Below, in pieces: positions 36,212 through 44,930 of a stretch of 64,000 nt of DNA; position 1 is the stretch's first letter; each line of letters opens with the position of its first letter. The notes beneath the pieces are model-generated. The model ran no database searches, was not told the DNA's origin, and worked only from the letters and a program-made list of their open reading frames with translations. The DNA is from an uncultured virus (IMG/VR IMGVR_UViG_3300045115_000228) (Duplodnaviria > Heunggongvirae > Uroviricota > Caudoviricetes), in the IMG/VR virus record IMGVR_UViG_3300045115_000228. The stretch is one strand, 5' to 3'. A program made the translations under genes and the position numbers.

Positions 36212-37981
36212 TCACCTGCTGTCCACGGTGACCCTAACCCTCTTGGAGTTGATTCGCTTGATTGAAACCCGACCGACCAGCGACAGGCAATTGTTGAGCC
36301 TTCTGATCGACTCTTCGTCCATGCGCGGCTCTCGCGCGAGGATCATCGTGCAAACCTTGGGGTTCTCTATCGTTCTTCGTGGCGGATACCCGTCAGAGGA
36401 ACTCAACGACATTGCCTCGACCGAGGCAATGTCGTTGAGTTCCTCGATCACGGCCATGGGCCAAGGCCTAACGGAGATGGAGGTCTTTAGAATCCCAGCG
36501 ATGACCGCCGCCACCTTGGCGTCCCCCTTGGCGATCTCGACGACCTTCCCGTAGATCTCCGCAGGCAACCTGTGGAACTGCTCCAGCATGGGCGCCACGG
36601 CGGCGAACCTCGGGTCCTGGCAGACGGCGACGATCCACTTCGCGATCTTGCCGCCCTCGGGGCCGGAATGGTAGTTGATGAGCACGTCCATGAACGCCCC
36701 CAGACCGTCGGCAAGCAGGGCGTCGTCGATGGGCTTCCCTGCCGGCCTGGGCTGTCCGATGGGGATGGGCTTCTTCGCCGCCTCCCTGGTGATCTCGTCC
36801 CCGCCCTCGAACAGCCCCGCGACGTCGGCGTCGCTGGGGTCGGGCGACGGGATGCGAGAGATCGACGCCGGATCGGGCGGCGCCTTGCTGGCGCCGAAGG
36901 TCTTGTTCGCCCATGCGTCGAACGCCTTGTCCTGCGGCATCGACAGGTCGAGCATGCGCTTGAGGACGTTGTGCCACCCGTTCCTCCAGTCCGAGGCGTC
37001 CCACCTGGCGGCCTCCGTCGGCTTCTCGTCCTCCGCCTTGGCGATCGCGACCATCTCGCCGCCATCCGCCCTGACAGCCACCCATTCGAGGTCCTGCCTG
37101 CCGGACATGAACTCCTTGGGGACATACTCCGTCCCAGGAGGCGACTCGTAGTATTCGTCGTGCTCGGCGATGTCCTCGGCCCACCTCTCGGCGGACGCAC
37201 CGAGGCCCTCTCCGCCGTCGTCCTTCTCGTCGTAGTTGGCCTCCCCGTACTCCCGCAGCCTCCTGACGAGCAACGGCAGCTCGCTCCTGTGGAACTCCAG
37301 GACGAGCCTCGACCCGCCGAGCTCGCCGTCGGAGCGGCTGAACCTGGACCTCGTGAACGCCTCAAGGCGGGAATCGATCCCTTGGTTGACGACGTCCGTG
37401 AAGATCTTGACGTCCGTCTTGCTCCCGAAGGGGATGGAGATCCTGAAGAAGTCGGACTGCGCCGTCCTGGCCATCCCCGAGGCGACCCCAGACGCCAGCG
37501 CCGCCGACAGCCAGTCGCCGGTGGCCCCGTCCTCGTCGCCGACGGCCGTCCTGGCCATGTCGGTCTCGCGCATCATGGCGTAGGCGTCGGACATGGCCTG
37601 CTCGGTGACGGCCTCCCTAGTCTGCATCCACAGGTCGTCCGGCATGCCGGCGGGCTGGCGAACCTCGACGTCCGTCACGGGATCGCCGGGCTGCCCCACC
37701 TTCGCGGTCCAGTTGAACGTGTAGTCCACGCCCGCGACGTTGCGCTCGACGAAGCCCTGGCGGCCTCCGGCCGCCTTGCCGAGGAACCGGGCCAGTTCTC
37801 GCCTGCCCCTCTCGACGTCCAGCCTGTCGATCGGCCCCTTCTCCACGCACCCCCTGTGGTAGACGTAGTCGTCCTGGTCCACGAAGTGGCCCTTCTCGTG
37901 GATCTCCAGCATGCAGTGCGGGCAGACCTCGTACCGCTCCGCCCTGACCCGCGTGCGTCTTATGACCGGCGTGATCCTCAC
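36212..37981 (-). CDS. Multidomain hypothetical protein, N-terminus MRITPVIRR
   Basis: GTG at 37981 (GTGA overlap); Zn finger CPHC..HRGC; linkers GKAA, ARTAV, ARTAQ. Confidence 0.75.
   Translation of the reverse strand: MRITPVIRRTRVRAERYEVCPHCMLEIHEKGHFVDQDDYVYHRGCVEKGPIDRLDVERGRRELARFLGKAAGGRQGFVERNVAGVDYTFNWTAKVGQPGDPVTDVEVRQPAGMPDDLWMQTREAVTEQAMSDAYAMMRETDMARTAVGDEDGATGDWLSAALASGVASGMARTAQSDFFRISIPFGSKTDVKIFTDVVNQGIDSRLEAFTRSRFSRSDGELGGSRLVLEFHRSELPLLVRRLREYGEANYDEKDDGGEGLGASAERWAEDIAEHDEYYESPPGTEYVPKEFMSGRQDLEWVAVRADGGEMVAIAKAEDEKPTEAARWDASDWRNGWHNVLKRMLDLSMPQDKAFDAWANKTFGASKAPPDPASISRIPSPDPSDADVAGLFEGGDEITREAAKKPIPIGQPRPAGKPIDDALLADGLGAFMDVLINYHSGPEGGKIAKWIVAVCQDPRFAAVAPMLEQFHRLPAEIYGKVVEIAKGDAKVAAVIAGILKTSISVRPWPMAVIEELNDIASVEAMSLSSSDGYPPRRTIENPKVCTMILAREPRMDEESIRRLNNCLSLVGRVSIKRINSKRVRVTVDSR
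36396..36445. repeat. Perfect 24-bp inverted repeat with a 2-nt spacer
   Basis: gaggaactcaacgacattgcctcg-ac-cgaggcaatgtcgttgagttcctc. Confidence 0.95.
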
Positions 37982-38394
37982 GTCTCCGCCCTCGCCGGAC
38001 CGTACACCGTGATGGACGACCTGTCGTAGTCCGGCGACAGGTCGGGCTTGACCCACAGGTCGATCTCGCCGACCGTGACCTGGTCTGACGGGACCTTGTC
38101 CTGCTTCAGCCTGTTCGCCTCGAACCGCAGGGTGACGTCCTCCCTCCTGCTCTCGTCCTGCTCGGCCGTCATGGATATGACGACCTCGACGGCGCCGTGC
38201 AGGACCACTATGATGTCCTTGATGCCCCAACTGCGGTGTTCCTGGTCGATGCTGAACGACACGTCGACCTTCCATCGCACCTCGTCGGTCATCATCCCCG
38301 GCTTGGCCACGTCGAGCCCGTACACGGACAGGTCGACCCTGTTGTGGTACAGGTTGTCCCCCGGTTGACCGTACGCGAGCCTCTTGATCCTCAT
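37978..38394 (-). CDS. Hypothetical protein, N-terminus MRIKRLA
   Basis: 138 aa, GAGGAGG RBS. Confidence 0.8.
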   Translation of the reverse strand: MRIKRLAYGQPGDNLYHNRVDLSVYGLDVAKPGMMTDEVRWKVDVSFSIDQEHRSWGIKDIIVVLHGAVEVVISMTAEQDESRREDVTLRFEANRLKQDKVPSDQVTVGEIDLWVKPDLSPDYDRSSITVYGPARAET

Positions 38395-38404
38395 GGCGTC
38401 CTCC

Positions 38405-38938
38405 TCACGAAAGGTAGCAGGTCACCTCGTAGTTGCCGCTCGGCATCATGCAGTACGACAGGGCCAGCCATGTGTTGGTGAGAACCCACCTGTCGCCGTC
38501 CTGGGCGACGATCCTCGCCCTCGCGACCTGGTCGCGCGCGCCCTCCGACCCGCATTCCGCCGTGCCGACCAGCAGGCCGAGCCACTTCTCGCCGTTCTCG
38601 TCGATCGCCGCAAGGCCGTGCCTTGCGAGCGCCGACAGGATGGCGTTCGACGGCATGGAGGAGTGGTACCCCCTCGTCGACTCGTACACCGCCTTGCCGG
38701 CCCTGTTCTTGACCCCCTGGGGCAAGGACACGGGGCGCCTGCCTCCCTTGCCCCACTCCGCCGGGTTCACGAACCTCGTGACGTCCCTGAACGGCACGGC
38801 CTCGATCTGCCGCTCCACGTCCATGCGGAGGGCGTCGGCGTCCGGCTCCTGCGGCTCGTCGTCGAATTGCGCCGCCTTGGCCAGCGCCCTATCGATCCAG
38901 TCCGGCCGCTCGCAGCATCTCGTGATCCGTGTGGGCAT
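38405..38938 (-). CDS. Hypothetical protein (MPTRITR...)
   Basis: 177 aa; 3' part of track ORF 38405..39619; contains LAKAAQ. Confidence 0.7.
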   Translation of the reverse strand: MPTRITRCCERPDWIDRALAKAAQFDDEPQEPDADALRMDVERQIEAVPFRDVTRFVNPAEWGKGGRRPVSLPQGVKNRAGKAVYESTRGYHSSMPSNAILSALARHGLAAIDENGEKWLGLLVGTAECGSEGARDQVARARIVAQDGDRWVLTNTWLALSYCMMPSGNYEVTCYLS

Positions 38939-38940
38939 AG

Positions 38941-39480
38941 CTACACCAGTTGCCTGATCGCGGAATAGACTGCCACCAGCTTGCTCCTGTCCATGGCATC
39001 GATGGTCTTGTATATGAACTCCTCGACCATCCCGCCGTTCTGGGTCCCGTCGGGCCCGGACACGCCACGCCTGGCCTCGTCGGCGTTGGACCCCATGATG
39101 GACAGGATCCGTTCGAACAGCCTCGTCTTGTCCTCTTCGGGAAGGCTGCCCAGCATCGAGACGATCTCCATCCTCAGCTCGTGGTCGGTCGTCTCCCTCG
39201 GGACGAAGGCGAGGGGGTCGAACCCCGTCCCCTTGACGAGGTCGTCGAAGCTGCCTATCGGGTCGTCGGCGAGGTCCGACGGCTCGAAGATCTCGTCGAA
39301 CTCCTGCTGGGCCCTCTTCTCCAGCGCCTCGCCCCCGCACAGGATCGAGGCGACGCGGGCCATCGCCGGCGCGCCGCCGCTGCCGCCGCACTTCCTGCAC
39401 ACGATCGGCATGGCGTACGTGTCCTCCTGCCCGGCTCCGTCGCACTGGGGGCATGTCCTGGTCTTGTCGTTCGTGCTCAT
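38941..39480 (-). CDS. Hypothetical protein with a DnaJ-type CxxCxGxG zinc finger
   Basis: CPQCDGAG, CRKCGGSG; linkers ARVAS, EKRAQ. Confidence 0.75.
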   Translation of the reverse strand: MSTNDKTRTCPQCDGAGQEDTYAMPIVCRKCGGSGGAPAMARVASILCGGEALEKRAQQEFDEIFEPSDLADDPIGSFDDLVKGTGFDPLAFVPRETTDHELRMEIVSMLGSLPEEDKTRLFERILSIMGSNADEARRGVSGPDGTQNGGMVEEFIYKTIDAMDRSKLVAVYSAIRQLV

Positions 39481-39492
39481 CTGGCTCCTCCG

Positions 39493-40200
39493 TTATGGCG
39501 CGTCCGTCGCCTGCCTTGCCGTGCCCGTGGCGTTCGTGGCGTTCGTGGCGTTCGTGGCGCCCTTGGCGGCGGACACCACCGGCGGACGTTCGCCCTTGAG
39601 CTTCCGGAACTGCTGGCAACCCTCGATGCAGGTCACCAGGGTCGTGAAGATCACGTAGACGCCGACGATGATCGCCGTCGGCTTCGAGAACAGGACGGCA
39701 AGGCGCTTGAAGGGCTCGATCTGCTTCTTCATCGCCTCGATCGCTTCGAGCATGGTCTTGATGTTCCCTGACGCGGCGACCAGCGTGGATATTTGGCTGA
39801 CGAAGCCGTCCATGTGGCCGTCGACGTGCACGGTGATGTCCTTGCCCTCCCTTGCGGTCGTCATGGCGGCCTCGGCCGATCTGGCCACCGACGACAGCCT
39901 GGAGTCGATGCCATCCATACTCTTCCCGAGGGCATCGACGGCCGCGGCCAGCTTGGAGCTCGCCTCCTTGTTGCTCGCCATCACGTCCTTGATGGCCTCA
40001 AGGTCGCGGGATATGGCGGCGAAGGACGTCGACAGCTCCTTCGCGACGGCCACGACGGCGGCATCGGTCTTCTCGCGGTCGCTCGCCTGCCTTGCCCCGG
40101 CGGAGACGAGCAGTTCGTACTTGACCGCCAGTTCCCTGAGGGAGGTGCTGAGCGAGTCGAGCAGCTTGTAGAAGAGTTGGACGTCATTCCCGTTCAACAT
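39493..40200 (-). CDS. Coiled-coil protein with a C-terminal transmembrane segment
   Basis: Heptad-rich; AIIVGVYVIFTTLV hydrophobic helix; (ATN)3 tandem repeat near the C-terminus. Confidence 0.7.
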   Translation of the reverse strand: MLNGNDVQLFYKLLDSLSTSLRELAVKYELLVSAGARQASDREKTDAAVVAVAKELSTSFAAISRDLEAIKDVMASNKEASSKLAAAVDALGKSMDGIDSRLSSVARSAEAAMTTAREGKDITVHVDGHMDGFVSQISTLVAASGNIKTMLEAIEAMKKQIEPFKRLAVLFSKPTAIIVGVYVIFTTLVTCIEGCQQFRKLKGERPPVVSAAKGATNATNATNATGTARQATDAP

Positions 40201-40892
40201 GGCGCCATTCCTGTTTTGCGGTTTTGGGCGTTCCTGCGTTTCGCAGACCACGGCCTGCCCCTTTGCGTATCAGACCTCTTCTTCCTCGTTTCAGGGGATG
40301 GGTTCCTGTGCGACTCAGACAACCGAAGGCAAGTCTCTGCGGACAACTTTCGCCCCAAACCTTGCCCCCTTCTGCTTTCCGACATCTTTTGGCGCGTCGC
40401 ATCGGAATGTCTAATGCCGATGTGAGAAGCTGAAAGTTTGGCCAGCGCCGCTGGAGAAAAGTGGCAACCCAAGAAGGAAGACGGCTTCCCCCTGCGAGAC
40501 GCTGACATCTTCTCCCTGGACTCATCCGAATGGCGACGCCCCCTGTTCGCTTCCGATATTTTCCTGCAGGTTTCCGGCGAGTGGCGATGGTGCATCGATC
40601 CGCCGCTATCGAGGTTGTACCCGAAGCGTGGATCAGTGCTCGCAAGTCGTTCAATCCATGCCCTTTCCCTTTCGTCCAGAAGGGTCTCCTCGCAATACTC
40701 GACCACATCGAACGTGAACCCATCGATCCCGTGTTCGATCACGGACGACTGCAGATGCCTATTCGGGTGCTTTTGAGACCTCAACATCGCAAAATGCCAC
40801 GAGCGGCGGGCATCCACATCGGTGCTTTGACCGACGTAGACTTTCCCGTTATGGCCATTGGTGATGGCGTATATGGCGCACTGGCTATTCAT
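40194..40892 (-). CDS. GIY-YIG homing endonuclease with NUMOD3 repeats
   Basis: AIYAITN..NGKVYVGQS; HSPETCRKIS, HSDESREKMS, HSDATRQKMS; lower GC. Confidence 0.9.
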   Translation of the reverse strand: MNSQCAIYAITNGHNGKVYVGQSTDVDARRSWHFAMLRSQKHPNRHLQSSVIEHGIDGFTFDVVEYCEETLLDERERAWIERLASTDPRFGYNLDSGGSMHHRHSPETCRKISEANRGRRHSDESREKMSASRRGKPSSFLGCHFSPAALAKLSASHIGIRHSDATRQKMSESRRGQGLGRKLSAETCLRLSESHRNPSPETRKKRSDTQRGRPWSAKRRNAQNRKTGMAPC

Positions 40893-42655
40893 GCCTGTCC
40901 CACATTGGCTACGGTCCTCGACAGTTCGAGTATCGTCTCCTCTATCTTTCTCGAAAGGTCGCCCCGATTCTTCTCGGCCCTCGCGAGGACGCACAGGAGC
41001 GTGGCCAGCCCCTCCGTGGCCTCGACCTCAAGGTCGCTCCACGCCTTGCCGCACTTCGACGCCATCATGACCACGCCAGCCTGCCCGCGGGTCGCGTCCC
41101 CGAGCACCGGCACGATCAGCCACTGCCCTGGGACCTTCCTCGCCAGCTTGGACAGTTGCGGCGGGATGCCGTCCCAGTCGCCGCAGTATGGCCTCCTGGC
41201 GAGTATCCACTCCCTGACGGCCTGCACGTCGCGCGCCTCCATCCTGAAGTCGCCTATGACCGACGCCTGGCTCGACGCGCCGTCGCCCGTCCACCTGCCC
41301 AGCATCCTCGTCTCGCCCATCGTGGCGACGCACAGCCAGTTGACGCCAAGCTTCCTGCCCGCCGTCGCGAGGACTCCGTCGAGGCTCCTGTCAGTCCCCT
41401 CTACCATCCGCCTCGCTATGTCGCACTCGACGGACAGTATGCCGTTCGCCTTGGCGATGGTCTTGCGGTGCCGCTCCACCGCGCCGATCAGCGACTCCTT
41501 GGCCGCCTCGGACTCCTTCTGTTCCGTGATGTCGATGATCTGGGCGAACTTCTCGAATCGGCCGTCGTCGTGCTCGACTCGCGACAGGTAGGTGCGCCCC
41601 CACCTTGTGGCCCCGTCCTTCCTGACATACCTCTTGACAACGATGACCGGCCTGTTCCCGAACGGCTGGCGGATCACGGTGTCGTTCGCCTCCAGCGAGG
41701 CGGGCATGTCGTCGGGGTGGGTCAGATCCGCGACGTTCTTCCTGCCGATCAGCTCTTCCGCCGGATACCCGACGAAGGCGCAGAAGGCGGGGTTCGCGCT
41801 CGTGATCACGAGGTCTCGGTCGGCCGAGGCCGTAGGCACGGGGGAGTGCTCGAAGAGGTGCCTGAACCGCTGCTCGTCGTCGCGCAGCTTCCCGATGCTG
41901 TCGGACACCCTCTCGGCGAGGACCTTCTTGTCCGTCACGTCGTCGTACACCGCGACGATCTCGCCGCTCGGGAGCCTGTAGACGTAGTTGTCGCGCCAGC
42001 CCTTCCTGACGTTGTCCTCGTACCACGCGCACGGCGCCCGCTCGCTCTTGCCCGTCCTCCACACGCGCCTGAACACGTCGAGGAGCCTCATGTCCGACAC
42101 GCCGACGAAGACGTCCCTGACGTCCCTCCCTATCAGGTCTTCGCGCTTGACCCCCTCCAGAGCCTCGGCCGACGAGTTGAAGTCGGCGAAGAGGAACCTC
42201 TCGCCGTCGTCGCTGTGGTAGACGGCTATCCCGCTCCTCGTGCTCTCGAACAGCGCGGAGTACCTGTCGTTGGCGAGCCTGACCGATGTGAGCAGCCTCA
42301 CGGTCTCGGTCACGTCGCGGAATATGGCGACGGCTCCGACGACGTCGCCCTCGACGTTGCGTATCGGCGAGACCGAGTCCTCGACGTACACCCCCCTGTT
42401 CTCGATCAGCATCGGCTTGTCGTACCGCGCCTCCTTGCCCGAGGACAGGACGTCGCCGAAGATGTCGATCTCCGCTCCGTCCGCCGAGACGATCCTCGCC
42501 ATGTCGTCGAACAGGATCCCGACGGCTCCGTCGGGCTGCACGCCCATCATGCCGCACGCCGCGGAGTTCGCGAAGACGACGCGGCGATCGGCGTCGACGG
42601 AGACGACCCCGTCGCCGATGTGCTCAAGTATGCTGCGTGACAGGTCGCTCGCCAT
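40889..42655 (-). CDS. Multi-PAS sensor protein (3 PAS plus GAF-like), no output domain
   Basis: ILEHIGDGVVSVD..FANSAA..FRDVTE; LFESTRSG..YDDVTD; LFEH..ANPAFC..THPDD..IIDITE. Confidence 0.85.
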   Translation of the reverse strand: MASDLSRSILEHIGDGVVSVDADRRVVFANSAACGMMGVQPDGAVGILFDDMARIVSADGAEIDIFGDVLSSGKEARYDKPMLIENRGVYVEDSVSPIRNVEGDVVGAVAIFRDVTETVRLLTSVRLANDRYSALFESTRSGIAVYHSDDGERFLFADFNSSAEALEGVKREDLIGRDVRDVFVGVSDMRLLDVFRRVWRTGKSERAPCAWYEDNVRKGWRDNYVYRLPSGEIVAVYDDVTDKKVLAERVSDSIGKLRDDEQRFRHLFEHSPVPTASADRDLVITSANPAFCAFVGYPAEELIGRKNVADLTHPDDMPASLEANDTVIRQPFGNRPVIVVKRYVRKDGATRWGRTYLSRVEHDDGRFEKFAQIIDITEQKESEAAKESLIGAVERHRKTIAKANGILSVECDIARRMVEGTDRSLDGVLATAGRKLGVNWLCVATMGETRMLGRWTGDGASSQASVIGDFRMEARDVQAVREWILARRPYCGDWDGIPPQLSKLARKVPGQWLIVPVLGDATRGQAGVVMMASKCGKAWSDLEVEATEGLATLLCVLARAEKNRGDLSRKIEETILELSRTVANVGQA

Positions 42656-42658
42656 CGC

Positions 42659-43504
42659 CTATGCGTCCAGTATCCTGTAGACCACCTCGTAGGCCACGAA
42701 GCCGGAGCCCGCGTCCCCGCTCACGCTGCTGGACGAGGAGCTCTCGCCAGCCCCCGGGGCGGCGAACTCCGACTCGATCAGGAGCTCGTCGTCTATCGTC
42801 ATCGCCAGCGCGTCCGTCGTCGTGACGTTCCGGGTGCTCGACGACGCGGCCGACAGGATCGTCATCTCCGTGCCGATCCCGCCGACCGACGTGTCGCTCG
42901 TCGCCGAGGCGGCGGCGGACGTCGTCGCCGTGAAGCCGATGAGCGGCGCCAGCGTGCTCGTCGTCCTCACCGTGCCGACGGGGGCGTACTCCGTCTGGCG
43001 GTCGAGGATCCCGCCGATGAACCTCGTGTGTCCGGCCCCAGGGACGTAGACGATCACGTTCCCGGAGGAAGGGGCGATGGTGAAGGTCCCGTCGACCGAG
43101 TCGTACGACGCGGAGACGGGCTTGGCCGCCGTCGCGAAGTCGAGGGAGCCCATGGCCGTCTGGAGGGCGGCCGCCATCGTCGTGCCGTCGTAGAACCCCT
43201 GCGGCACTATCACCTCCTTGGCCTTCGTGGCGTCGCACTTGACCCAGATCCTGTCGTTCCGTCCCGTGGCCACGCCGATCCCCCTGACCACCGAGATCGA
43301 GTAGGACTTGGTCGAAGCCGAGTCGAAGGCGAGGGAGACGCGCTTGACCTCCCACCCCTTGGGGCACCACACGCCGACGCTCAGCGCGCCGGAGTTCAGG
43401 TTCTGCCTCCCGAACACGCTGTGCAGCATGTTGGGCTGCTGGAGCTGCTCGATGACGTGCATGCGCATCTTCGCCCATTCGCCGGGATAGTACGTGATTG
43501 GCAT
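42659..43504 (-). CDS. Hypothetical, likely virion structural protein
   Basis: 281 aa, Thr/Ser/Ala-rich beta protein with an ESSSSSS tract; AAGGAG RBS. Confidence 0.7.
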   Translation of the reverse strand: MPITYYPGEWAKMRMHVIEQLQQPNMLHSVFGRQNLNSGALSVGVWCPKGWEVKRVSLAFDSASTKSYSISVVRGIGVATGRNDRIWVKCDATKAKEVIVPQGFYDGTTMAAALQTAMGSLDFATAAKPVSASYDSVDGTFTIAPSSGNVIVYVPGAGHTRFIGGILDRQTEYAPVGTVRTTSTLAPLIGFTATTSAAASATSDTSVGGIGTEMTILSAASSSTRNVTTTDALAMTIDDELLIESEFAAPGAGESSSSSSVSGDAGSGFVAYEVVYRILDA

Positions 43505-43547
43505 TTTCGTTCTCCTTCTGGTTCCGGTGTGGTCCCGCCAAGTTGTT

Positions 43548-43573
43548 ATTCGACGGGAGGGGGTCGCTTTCCT
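43548..43573 (-). promoter_or_regulatory. AGG-N19-GAAT promoter motif
   Basis: AGG aaagcgaccccctcccgtc GAAT aac. Confidence 0.65.
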
Positions 43574-43586
43574 GTCCTGAAGCGGC

Positions 43587-43612
43587 GAAGGCCCGCCGCG
43601 GGGCGGGCCTTC
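43587..43612 (-). terminator. GC hairpin, probable terminator
   Basis: gaaggcccgcc-gcgg-ggcgggccttc just after the 43635 stop. Confidence 0.55.
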
Positions 43613-43634
43613 GGTTCGCGGGCTTGCGGCAGGA

Positions 43635-44930
43635 TCACCTGACGCGGCGAGGCGGGGCGGGCGGCGCCGCCTTCTGGGACGGCAACTGGCCGATGAGGGC
43701 CTGCATCTGCGGGTTGTCCTCGTAGACGGCCTGCGGCGGCTGGTCGCCGCCGGAATCGATGCTCACCGCCACCGGATCGGGCCCCCTTCCGCCTATGTGG
43801 ATGGAGTCCTTCTCGTCGACCATCGCCGACCCGGTGGCGACGACGTCCGCCACCCCTCCCGAGGAGTCGTGCGGGCTGGTCCTTGCCGCCCCGCTGTACA
43901 CCGTCAGGGTCGTCGGCTCGGACGCCTCGACGTCCGCCTGGACCTTCTTGAACGAGGCCGCGTACGTCGCCGTGTTCACCAGCTCGACCTTGCCGGTGTC
44001 GAAGCACCACTTGAGGTCCGTGCTGTTGAGGATGTTGCGCGCCGGCACGCGGGTCAGGTCGTAGGCGGCACCCGGCAGGAGCGCGAGGCAGAACCCGCTG
44101 CCGTCCAGCGTGGTGTACAGGTCCCCGATCATGAGCTGCGACTGCAGGGCGTTCCGTAGGTAGGCCTTCCTGCGGAGCCTCGGCATCTGCGACAGCACGA
44201 GCTCCGTCTCCCTCGGGGTCATCTTCCTGTCCGTGGGCATCCTCGGCATGGCATCGACGTTGGGGATGGAGTTCAGTTCCCTCATCAGCTCGTCGTAGGT
44301 GAGGATGCAGTTGTCCTTGACCTGCGGCCTAGGCGGCGCGGCGGGGGCGGCGCCAGCCTGTATCGACTGCAGGACGTTGGCGGGCACGCCAAGCGTGCCC
44401 AGCATCGCCATGACCAGCTTGAGGCTGTCGGGGGACATCGTCGGCGTCGGGGCGACAGGGGTGGCCGCAGGCGCCGCGGGCGGGGCGGGCGGGGCGGGTG
44501 GGGCGGGCGGGGCGGGCGGGGCGGGTTCCGCCGGCACGGACACGGGGTTCGGCTCCCCGCCGCGGTACTCGGCCCCCGTGTTGTCGAGCCCCGACTTGCG
44601 GTTCTCGACGGTGGGCACGTCTGGCGACGTCCTTGCCATGGCCGCCTCGACGGCCGTCGGGACTCCGCCGACGATGTTGCCGACCCTCCTGACGTCCGTC
44701 TCGATGGTCTTGATGTCCTCGGAGACGCCGGTGACCTTGAGCATCAGGCTCGTCTCGCCGATCTTGGCGACGTCCTTCTCGGACACGCCAGGCTTGCAGG
44801 AGATGCGGACGATGGCCCTGCCCTTGTTGCCGGACACCGACGTGACGTGGATCGAGATGGGCTCGCCGTCGTCGCAGACGGCCTCCAGCTTCTTGCTGAT
44901 CACGACATCGCATTCGAGGACGACGTTCAT
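43635..44930 (-). CDS. Hypothetical protein with a Pro/Ala linker
   Basis: Start MNVVLEC at 44930; PAPPAPPAPP repeats. Confidence 0.75.
   Translation of the reverse strand: MNVVLECDVVISKKLEAVCDDGEPISIHVTSVSGNKGRAIVRISCKPGVSEKDVAKIGETSLMLKVTGVSEDIKTIETDVRRVGNIVGGVPTAVEAAMARTSPDVPTVENRKSGLDNTGAEYRGGEPNPVSVPAEPAPPAPPAPPAPPAPPAAPAATPVAPTPTMSPDSLKLVMAMLGTLGVPANVLQSIQAGAAPAAPPRPQVKDNCILTYDELMRELNSIPNVDAMPRMPTDRKMTPRETELVLSQMPRLRRKAYLRNALQSQLMIGDLYTTLDGSGFCLALLPGAAYDLTRVPARNILNSTDLKWCFDTGKVELVNTATYAASFKKVQADVEASEPTTLTVYSGAARTSPHDSSGGVADVVATGSAMVDEKDSIHIGGRGPDPVAVSIDSGGDQPPQAVYEDNPQMQALIGQLPSQKAAPPAPPRRVR

Noticed and set aside
39525..39560. 9-bp tandem repeat cgtggcgtt
   Set aside because: In-frame ATN repeat in a low-complexity tail.
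44470..44525. G-rich ggggcgggc tandem repeat (possible G-quadruplex)
   Set aside because: Explained by Pro-Ala-Pro codons on the minus strand.
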